Assembly (NCBI GenBank): GCA_000331975.1
Contig: CP003263.1
Span: 120,001 to 152,000, forward strand
Direction: 5' to 3'
From: Candidatus Uzinura diaspidicola str. ASNER
GTDB lineage: Bacteria > Bacteroidota > Bacteroidia > Flavobacteriales > Blattabacteriaceae
DNA length: 32,000 bases
The stretch's first letter is position 1. Every line of letters begins with the position of its first letter. The position numbers were made by a program, and so were the translations under genes. Of this stretch, positions 9,429 to 16,309 are shown piece by piece. The notes beneath the pieces are model-generated. The model ran no database searches and was not told the DNA's origin. It worked only from the letters and a program-made list of their open reading frames with translations.

Positions 9429-10337
9429 TTAATCAATAAAAGTCATAATACGATTTAAAAAATATAATGGATTTTCTCTATCCCAATCACTACTAATTAA
9501 AGTAGGTAATGCCCCAATATATGGAATCTAACTATAGTTATATTTATTAGTTTCTTTTCCATTTAGAATAATTTTTTTCCCATGTTTATATTTGATATAT
9601 AGATAATATCTCCTTTTTTTGGAACAAATAATGGACCGTAATTATCAATATTTCTTGTAAAACTTATAGTTTTCAATGTTGCTAGTTTTTTAGCATATAA
9701 GGATGTAAGAAAAATTTTGTATAGATAATATTTTATTGTTCTTTTTTTTGTTCATATTTAAGAAATATGATATCGTGTTCAAAGGAATTTCTTTTGTTTT
9801 CTTTAATTTTCCCTCTTTAATTTTCCCTCTTTAATTTTCCCTCTTTAATTTTCCCTCTTTAATTTTCCCTCTTTAATTTTCCCTCTATCTACCTGTAGAT
9901 ATTGGATGCCATCATAATCGTATAGATAGTTAAATACACTTGTTTCCCCTTTTTTTAGCTTAGTAAATTCTGGGAGTCTTAGATCTAATGGTATAGTTTA
10001 TTGAAAAAGAGGAATGCGTAAACCGTATTCTCCAATTAATAAAGTTCGTTCAATAGAAGAGCTAGGGATAAGCTAATATTATTGCTTCAAATATCACCGT
10101 ATCTTTATTTAGATTATGAAAAGGAAGATAATTTATATCCATATATGTAAAATCCAAATAGAATATAAACTCTACCCAAAGAATTCCATTCATTATTACA
10201 GATATAACAGTGAGAAAAAATAATATTAGCCTACAAGCAAAAAGGACCAAAACTTATGTATCAGCTTTCTGATAAAGACGCCAAGTACCTATAAAATATA
10301 TCAACTGTAAAATTATAAAGTTGGGAATAAAATTCAT
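9429..10337 (-). pseudogene. lepB: Signal peptidase I remnant with multiple stops, frameshifts and internal deletions
   Basis: Minus-strand fragments lie in different frames. ATG at 10337 gives MNFIPNFIILQLIYFIGTWRLYQKADT* (flavobacterial LepB N-terminus type ...LGTWKLY.KAG). A catalytic Ser box LIPSSSIERTLLIGE lies near 10045-10080. YGLRIPLFQ*...RLPEFTKLKKGETSVFNY follows. RNIDNYGPLFVPKKGDIIYI lies near 9590-9650. The C-terminus reads IPYIGALPTLISSDWDRENPLYFLNRIMTFID* with the stop at 9429-9431. The position directly downstream of dapB fits what I recall of flavobacterial gene order (not checked here). Confidence 0.75.
9801..9884. repeat. Perfect 14-bp tandem repeat CTTTAATTTTCCCT, 6 copies, inside the lepB remnant
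   Basis: Read directly: six identical head-to-tail units from 9801 to 9884, followed by a partial CT. The unit length is not a multiple of three. Confidence 0.97.
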
Positions 10338-10340
10338 AGC

Positions 10341-11045
10341 TTAATCTATCTCTAGTACATCTTTCATAGAAAATATTCCTTTTTTATAATTTATCCATTC
10401 TGCAGCAATAATAGCTCCTAGCGCAAAGCCTTCTCTTTTAAGAGCTGTATGCTTAAAAATAATATTTTCTATAACTGATTGATATTTTACTACATGTATA
10501 CCAGGGGAATTTTTAAAACGTTTTGAACTTATTGCTAATTGGTATTGTTTTTTTTTTCCCAAAACCCATTTTTTAGCTATACCTTCTTTTATTAGAAATT
10601 TAGCTAATTTTATAGCTGTTCCGCTTGGAACATCTTTTTTATTTACATGGTGTATTTCTTCTATTTCTACTTCATATTCTTTTTTATAAGACTTGATAAG
10701 TTTAGCGAACTTTCTACTTATTTCAATAAATAGATTAACCCCAATACTAAAATTAGATGCATATAAAAAAGTACCTGAATTTCTTAAGCAAATATTTTTA
10801 ATTTCTTCCATTTTAAATAACCATCCAGTAGTACCAGAAATTACAGAAATATTCTCTTCCAGGCAAATTTTGATATTTGCAAACGCAAATTCTGGATGGC
10901 TAAATTCTATAGCAACCTCCACATTTTTAAGATCTTTATATGTTGGGCAAAATATACTTTTAAGCAAAATATTATGTTGGCGATTTAAAGCTATTTTTTC
11001 AATAGCTTTACCCATTCTCCCAAAACCAATTAGTGCTAATTTCAT
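10341..11045 (-). CDS. dapB: 4-hydroxy-tetrahydrodipicolinate reductase
   Basis: N-terminal Rossmann motif MKLALIGFGRMGK, then EIHHVNKKDVPSGTA (the dapB signature E.HH..K.DAPSGTA). 234 aa. Confidence 0.9.
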   Translation of the reverse strand: MKLALIGFGRMGKAIEKIALNRQHNILLKSIFCPTYKDLKNVEVAIEFSHPEFAFANIKICLEENISVISGTTGWLFKMEEIKNICLRNSGTFLYASNFSIGVNLFIEISRKFAKLIKSYKKEYEVEIEEIHHVNKKDVPSGTAIKLAKFLIKEGIAKKWVLGKKKQYQLAISSKRFKNSPGIHVVKYQSVIENIIFKHTALKREGFALGAIIAAEWINYKKGIFSMKDVLEID

Positions 11046-11191
11046 AGTATATGACTATATTAAAAAAGAAGTAAGAACAATAGATAATTATTTAAATAAA
11101 TCATATGTCCATTGATTTATCTATCAAAAAAAAATTATATTCACCTATAATTAAAAATTAAAATCTTCGTAGATTAGAAAGTATAATAAGA

Positions 11192-11270
11192 GCCTATGTG
11201 GTGAAATTGGTAGACACGCTATCTTGAGGTGGTAGTATTAAAAATGCTGGTTCGAATCCAGTCGTGGGCA
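11192..11270 (+). tRNA. tRNA-Leu (anticodon GAG), class II with a long variable arm
   Basis: GCCTATG TG GTGAAATTGGTAGACAC G CTATC TTGAGGT GGTAG TATTAAAAAT GCTGG TTCGAAT CCAGT CGTGGGC A. The acceptor, anticodon and T stems pair by hand. The anticodon loop is TTGAGGT. Confidence 0.88.
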
Positions 11271-11283
11271 CATAAAGATTTAT

Positions 11284-11577
11284 AAAGTAGGACACTTTAT
11301 TGCATTTTATCATTCAACGATAAATGAGGAAAGTCCGGGCACTGGGTTTAGCACAATGGGTAATACCCATCCATTGCGAAATGAGGATAAGTGCAACAGA
11401 AAGAAAATATAGCTAGGTTGTAGTGAAATCAGGCAAACTCTGTGCTGTGAAATGCCATTTTTACCGGTAAAATTTAGCCCAACCTTCCGGTTGGTCGGCA
11501 GTTAGCGATAAGTGGTAACTCTTATTCTAGATAAATAATAAAGGTTACAAACAGAATCCGGCTTATAGCTCTACTTT
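11284..11577 (+). ncRNA. rnpB: RNase P RNA (bacterial type A, reduced to about 294 nt)
   Basis: Universal P4 halves are present: GAGGAAAGTCCGGGC (11326-11340) and ACAGAATCCGGCTTAT (11551-11566). Other conserved blocks are AAGTGCAACAGAAAG, TAGTGAAATCAGGCAAACTC and TTCTAGATAAATAA. A P1 pairing joins AAAGTAG (11284-11290) with CTACTTT (11571-11577). The ends are approximate. Confidence 0.88.
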
Positions 11578-12528
11578 TTTTCTTTTTATTACTCTTTTTA
11601 CTTTTTTTACAATAGAAGTTTTATCTATTTTATATTTTTTAATAAGTTCTATTTGTTTCCCACTTTCTCCAAAAGTATCATTAACTGCTACAAATTCTTG
11701 AGGTTTAGGGAGATGATTTACTAAAATACGTGCAATACTTTCACCTAATCCTCCTAAATAGTTATGTTCTTCAGCTGTGACTACACAGCCAGTTTTTTCA
11801 ATAGATTGAAGAATAAGTTCTTCATCAAGAGGCTTTATAGTGTGAATATTAATAATATCACAGGTAATTCCTTCTTCTACTAAAGTTTTATATGCTTTAA
11901 GTGATTCCCAAACTAAATGTCCAGTTGCAATGATACTGACATCATTTCCTTCCGTTAAAACAATACCTTTACCAATTTTGAAATCATGGTTCTTAGTAAA
12001 ATTGGGTACTGAAGGTCTTCCAAATCGTAAATAAGTAGGTACTTCAGACTTAGATATTGCTAATGTAGCTTTATATGTTTGAGAAAAATCACAAGTATTT
12101 ATAACTGTCATTCCTGGAAGCATCTTTATCATTCCTATGTCTTCTAAGATTTGATGTGTTGCCCCATCTTCACCTAAACTAATTCCAGCATGTGAAGCAC
12201 ATATTTTAACATTTTTTTCTGAATAAGCAATAGACTGACGAATTTGGTCATAAACTCTAGAAGAAGAAAAATTAGCAAATGTCCCAGTAAATGGGATACA
12301 GCCGCCAATAGCTAAACCAGCAGCCATTCCTATCATATTTGATTCTGCAATTCCTACTTGAAAAAACCTTTCAGTAAACTCTTCAGAAAACCTTTTCATG
12401 CAAAGTGATCCTGTTAAATCAGCGCAAAGAGCTACTATTCTTTCATTATTTCTCCCTAATTCTAAAAGAGCTTCGCCAAAACCTGCCCTAGTTTCTTTTA
12501 ACTCTTTTTTATAACTATCATTTATCAT
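11563..12528 (-). CDS. tkt: Transketolase, C-terminal section (pyrimidine-binding and C-terminal domains)
   Basis: RAGFGEAL, FQVGIAESNMIGMAAGLA and SHAGISLGEDGATHQ. 321 aa. Its start overlaps the end of the N-terminal section by 11 nt. Confidence 0.9.
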   Translation of the reverse strand: MINDSYKKELKETRAGFGEALLELGRNNERIVALCADLTGSLCMKRFSEEFTERFFQVGIAESNMIGMAAGLAIGGCIPFTGTFANFSSSRVYDQIRQSIAYSEKNVKICASHAGISLGEDGATHQILEDIGMIKMLPGMTVINTCDFSQTYKATLAISKSEVPTYLRFGRPSVPNFTKNHDFKIGKGIVLTEGNDVSIIATGHLVWESLKAYKTLVEEGITCDIINIHTIKPLDEELILQSIEKTGCVVTAEEHNYLGGLGESIARILVNHLPKPQEFVAVNDTFGESGKQIELIKKYKIDKTSIVKKVKRVIKRKKVEL

Positions 12529-13357
12529 AATCTCCTATAGTTTCAGGAAGTTGATGCAATGCTTTTTTAAGTTCTTCATCGTTTGGCGATTTACCATGCC
12601 ATTGATAGGACCCATTCATAAAGTCTACGCCATGTCCCATTTCTGTATGTAGAATTATACATATTGGTTTACCTTTTTTTGCTTTTTTTTTAGCCTTTTG
12701 TAATATTTTTATAACAGAATTAATGCAGTTTCCTTTAGTTTCTTCTAAAACCTGCCATCCAAATGATTCAAATTTCATTTTAATATTGCCCAAATGCATC
12801 ACTTTATCAGTATTTCCATCAATTTGTTGATGATTATAATCTATAGTAGCAATATAATTATCTACTTTTTTAGCTCCTGCATATAAAATAGCTTCCCAAT
12901 TTTGGCCTTCATTAATCTCACCATCTCCATGATAACTATACGATAAATAAGAGTCATTATAAATTGTTTTTGCTTGGGCAGCTCCTAATGCTACTGACAT
13001 ACCTTGTCCCAGAGACCCTGATGCTACATGTATTCCTGGTAATTTTTCATATACACTAGGATGTCCTTGTAAACGAGAGTTAATTGTTCTAAATTTAGTT
13101 AGTTCATCTATGGAAAAATACCCTTTGCGAGCTAAAACACTATACAAAACAGCAGAAATATGTCCATTAGATAGAAAAAACATATCTTCTTCTTTTCCTT
13201 CTATTTTTTTTGTCTGAAAAGACATTATTTTATAAAAAAGTGCTATAAAATATTCAGTAGAGCCTAAAGATCCCCCAGGATGTCCTGATTTTGCATTATG
13301 TATCATCCTTAAAATATCTCTTCTAGTTTGTAAACTTATTTCTTTAAGATATATCAT
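12518..13357 (-). CDS. tkt: Transketolase, N-terminal section (ThDP-binding domain)
   Basis: SGHPGGSLG, LSNGH, and GDGEINEGQNWEA (the GDG..EG ThDP motif). 279 aa. The split two-gene form occurs in many bacteria. Confidence 0.9.
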   Translation of the reverse strand: MIYLKEISLQTRRDILRMIHNAKSGHPGGSLGSTEYFIALFYKIMSFQTKKIEGKEEDMFFLSNGHISAVLYSVLARKGYFSIDELTKFRTINSRLQGHPSVYEKLPGIHVASGSLGQGMSVALGAAQAKTIYNDSYLSYSYHGDGEINEGQNWEAILYAGAKKVDNYIATIDYNHQQIDGNTDKVMHLGNIKMKFESFGWQVLEETKGNCINSVIKILQKAKKKAKKGKPICIILHTEMGHGVDFMNGSYQWHGKSPNDEELKKALHQLPETIGDYDK

Positions 13358-13359
13358 AT

Positions 13360-14380
13360 ATAAAATATTATTTGCTTTTCTATGATCCCTATAGAACCAA
13401 TTTCAAGTATACGATTACATACAGTTTTTATCAATTCATGATAGAACATAAGTATTGTTCCTTTGAACGATATTAATGAGTTAAACGGGAATTGACTCAA
13501 GGTCAACGCATTTTTTCACCCTGAAAGAACTCTATTTTAAGAGAATCATGCTCCGTACCTAGAACCCTCTAATATATTCTTCTTGTCTTTTCTTTTGTTT
13601 AAGAAGGAAGTATGTTCTCTTAGTCGTTATGACCCATGTAAAATCACATTTTTAAAGGTGAAGCTATTCCTGATAGTGGAATGCTTGGCTATTTTTTCTA
13701 CCCTTTTTAAGGTTAGGTAGATATTTTTAAATAGTGGTTTTCCATTAAGGAGTAGAAAGGTTTTGAGCTCCTGCTGATCGTTCTTGTTCAAAAGAATAGT
13801 GGGAAATTACTTATTGTAGTAAGGTTTAATTTCTTCTAGAACTTAATCTTTGCGTTTTTCCTCTATTTTTTTGTTTTTTTGTGATTTTTGTTTGGTAGCT
13901 AGATTGATAATAAAAACTATAATTTCCTGTAAATCTATATCACAAATAGAAAATATCTATCATTAGATACAACAATTACTGTATTTCATACATTTGCTAA
14001 AAAATCTTCTAACCATCTTATAGTTTCTAGGTCAAGGTGATTCCCAAAAAGAGCATTGAGCTAGTAATCTTTAAATTTTCCATCCATTTCGTGCTAAGTT
14101 TTTTATGTTGCAGATATCTAAAATATCATCCTCCCATTTGTTCATATTTTTACTCTAATTCACCAGCTATAATCCCATCTTGTTCTGAAAATTTGTTTTT
14201 AGCATATAGCGCATCCATTTCTTTTTTATCTTGCAGCCAGAAATATGATCTTGTTCTCCTGAAAGGACTTTTTACGGATCTAAAATATCCAATGATTCCA
14301 TAACAATTACCCTTTTTTTCAAAAATATGTTTCCCTCCAAATTGAAAAGAAAGATTAGAAACTGTATAGATACTCTATAT
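13360..14380 (-). pseudogene. ABC-F family ATP-binding protein remnant (EttA/Uup/YbiT-like); frameshifted, Walker A deleted, 3' end missing
   Basis: Minus-strand fragments in shifting frames: [31 protein letters not shown] (no ATG, and a stop immediately upstream); [42 protein letters not shown] (a D-loop/H-loop region typical of ABC-F); and a second-domain piece GTILMFYHELIKTVCNRILEIGS. About 1.0 kb remains of an expected 1.6-1.9 kb. Confidence 0.7.
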
Positions 14381-14429
14381 ATTTATTATTATTATTTTTA
14401 ATAAAAATAATCTATTTAGAATACAAATT

Positions 14430-14870
14430 TTGTATAAGGAAATATTATTTTTCAATAGAAAAGCTCTTTTTAATTACGATTTTTTTGAATCGTATATAGC
14501 AGGAATCCAACTATTTGGAACAGAAATAAAATCAATAAGATTGAATAAAGTTTCTATTTCTGAAAGTTTTTGTAAAATGCAAAATAATGAACTTTATATT
14601 ATAAATATGTTCATATCAAAATATGAATGGGTTACAACATTTGAAAATTATTCTCCACGTAGAGACAGAAAATTACTTATGAAAAGTTCAGAGCTAAGAA
14701 AAATAGAATGCAAAATTAAAAAATATCGTTTTACGATAATTCCAACGAAATTATTTATTAATAAGAAAGGTTATGCCAAACTTAAAATTGTTTTAGCAAA
14801 AGGAAGAAAATTAGTTAATAAACGTGATATTATCAAATATAAAGAAATAGAAAGAGATATAATTAACTAA
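14430..14870 (+). CDS. smpB: SsrA-binding protein SmpB
   Basis: NRKALFNYDFFESYIAGIQLFGTEIKSIR...LYIINMFISKY is the canonical SmpB core. The start is TTG at 14430. 146 aa. Confidence 0.9.
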   Translation: MYKEILFFNRKALFNYDFFESYIAGIQLFGTEIKSIRLNKVSISESFCKMQNNELYIINMFISKYEWVTTFENYSPRRDRKLLMKSSELRKIECKIKKYRFTIIPTKLFINKKGYAKLKIVLAKGRKLVNKRDIIKYKEIERDIIN

Positions 14871-15290
14871 CAATATTTAAAATTTTAGTAGTATAAGGAA
14901 TAAACATACTTAATAAATCAGAAGGAGTAATAGCAGCAGAAATTACTAATATAAGTAAAGTTAAATTCGTAATAATAGAAATATAATCAGTTTCTGGTAA
15001 GTTGCTTACTTTAAAAGTTTCTCCAAATTGGATATAAAATTACCAAAAAAAAGTACTAAAATAAATAAAATAGAAGAAGATAGAATGACCTGGCGTCTAA
15101 TAAAACACCAAAGTTCATAAAAATATGTAAGGAAAAGCCAATATTATTCCTCCTATTATATTTACACAAATATAAGTATTGAATTGCCCTAACATTTGTC
15201 TCTTTTGTAAAGATTTTAATAAGTGTTCTCTAAACTCTTCTATATGGTCCCAAAATAATTGTGGTATTATAGTGGAAACACTTGCTTTGT
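14863..15290 (-). pseudogene. tatC: Twin-arginine translocase subunit TatC remnant
   Basis: Minus-strand fragments: FWDHIEEFREHLLKSL (the TatC N-terminal HLEELR motif, from about 15255), then ...IIGGIILAFPYIFL*, then FY*TPGHSIFFYFIYFSTFFLVILYPIW.NF*, then DYISIITNLTLLILVISAAITPSDLLSMFIPYTTKILNIVS* (the TatC ..TPPD motif region). About 430 bp remains of about 800. There are several in-frame stops and no ATG. Confidence 0.65.
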
Positions 15291-15315
15291 AGTATAGAAG
15301 TAATAATGGATACTC

Positions 15316-15474
15316 TTATTTAGATTTTCTTTGAAAGAAATTATTTATATGATCAGCTATAACAATTTTTTCTTCAAAGAAATACGTTTTTGATTTTTGT
15401 GATTTAATCATTCGTATAACTCTGGTTCTTTTTTTTGTCAAATTATCTGGTGATTTTTGAATATTTTTTATCAT
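15316..15474 (-). CDS. Small basic protein of the DUF4295 type (52 aa), absent from the supplied ORF track
   Basis: The ATG at 15474 lies 1 nt after the rpmG stop. The translation is MIKNIQKSPDNLTKKRTRVIRMIKSQKSKTYFFEEKIVIADHINNFFQRKSK*. As far as I recall, its size, charge and position after rpmB-rpmG match the conserved Bacteroidota DUF4295 gene. Not checked here. Confidence 0.6.
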   Translation of the reverse strand: MIKNIQKSPDNLTKKRTRVIRMIKSQKSKTYFFEEKIVIADHINNFFQRKSK

Positions 15475-15475
15475 T

Positions 15476-15661
15476 TTATTTAATTTCTTTATGAATAGTA
15501 TATTTTTTTAATATAGGATTGTATTTTTTAAGTTTAAAGGTAAAGGTGTATTTTTTTATTTTTGTACATATATAACGAGAAACACCAGATTTTCCACTTT
15601 TTTTGTGCTCCGTGCACTCAAGAATAATTTGTATTCTATTTGTTTTTACTTTTTTTGCCAT
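15476..15661 (-). CDS. rpmG: 50S ribosomal protein L33
   Basis: [23 protein letters not shown]...[13 protein letters not shown]. 61 aa, a typical L33. Confidence 0.9.
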   Translation of the reverse strand: MAKKVKTNRIQIILECTEHKKSGKSGVSRYICTKIKKYTFTFKLKKYNPILKKYTIHKEIK

Positions 15662-15896
15662 TGTTTATATTAATAATAGTAATTCTTTTAGCTAGAGCTT
15701 TTTGTATTCCAATAGAATTTATAATCTTAATTCCTGCTGCTGATACTTTTAATCTAATCCATTTTTTTTCTTGTGAAAGATAAAAACGTTTATTAAACAA
15801 ATTAATATCAAACCTGCGTTTTGTTCTATTATTAGAGTGAGATACAGTATATCCTACTATAGATTTTTTTCCTGTAATTTGACAAAATCTTGACAT
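15636..15896 (-). CDS. rpmB: 50S ribosomal protein L28
   Basis: [33 protein letters not shown]. 86 aa. The lysine-rich C-terminal tail overlaps the rpmG start by 26 nt. Confidence 0.9.
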   Translation of the reverse strand: MSRFCQITGKKSIVGYTVSHSNNRTKRRFDINLFNKRFYLSQEKKWIRLKVSAAGIKIINSIGIQKALAKRITIININNGKKSKNK

Positions 15897-15950
15897 ATTT
15901 ATTAAATATAAAATTTTTTATATTTGACATCTATATAAAAAAATCTTCTC

Positions 15951-16301
15951 TTGAAATTAGATAATTATTCTGTTCTTAAAGCTATTCTAAATAGCATAGA
16001 AAAAATAAAAGGAACAAATATTAAGATTATAAATCTAACAAAAATAGAAAATATTCTTTTTGATTATATCCTAATTTGTAGTGCAAGTTCTTCAATACAA
16101 GTTTCTTCTATTGTTAGTTCAGTAAAAGAGAAAATTATAGGAGAAAAACCTTTTCACATTGAAGGACTAATAAATGCTCAATGGGTATTAATGGATTATG
16201 ATAATATTTTAGTAAATATTTTTCAAAAATCTATAAGAAAATATTATGATCTAGAAACACTTTGGTTGAAAAGGCTTCTTAAAAAGAAAATGATGATTTG
16301 A
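15951..16301 (+). CDS. rsfS: Ribosomal silencing factor RsfS (iojap family)
   Basis: DYILICSASSSIQVSSI...EGLINAQWVLMDYDNILVNIFQKSIRKYYDLETLW is the RsfS core. TTG start. 116 aa. Confidence 0.85.
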   Translation: MKLDNYSVLKAILNSIEKIKGTNIKIINLTKIENILFDYILICSASSSIQVSSIVSSVKEKIIGEKPFHIEGLINAQWVLMDYDNILVNIFQKSIRKYYDLETLWLKRLLKKKMMI

Positions 16302-16309
16302 AAAATCAA

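Noticed and set aside
9801-9884. Possible CRISPR array, because of regularly spaced identical short repeats
   Set aside because: The 14-bp units are directly adjacent with no spacers. They are far shorter than CRISPR repeats, and no cas genes are present. It is a simple tandem repeat inside a pseudogene.
10062-10250. 62-aa minus-strand ORF as a stand-alone small membrane protein
   Set aside because: It is colinear with the other LepB fragments (transmembrane region ...WVEFIFY..., running into the Ser-box region). It is best read as one surviving frame segment of the lepB pseudogene.
10693-11115. 140-aa plus-strand ORF
   Set aside because: It lies antisense to the well-supported dapB. Its translation is low-complexity Ile/Leu/Phe/Ser, typical of shadow ORFs in AT-rich DNA.
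14037-14303. 88-aa plus-strand ORF in the tkt-smpB gap
   Set aside because: It has a low-complexity Cys/Ser/Phe-rich translation with no motif. It lies exactly antisense to clear ABC-F homology.
13358-14429. Looked for tmRNA (ssrA) here because smpB is adjacent
   Set aside because: I found no tRNA-like acceptor/T-arm pairing and no tag-ORF. The region is accounted for by the ABC-F pseudogene.
15919-15926. Bacteroidota-type -7 promoter motif TAnnTTTG: TATATTTG upstream of rsfS, and also TATTTTTG at 22143-22150 upstream of map
   Set aside because: The positions are plausible, but no properly spaced -33 TTTG is present. In DNA this AT-rich the 8-mer should occur many times by chance, so I did not annotate these as promoters.
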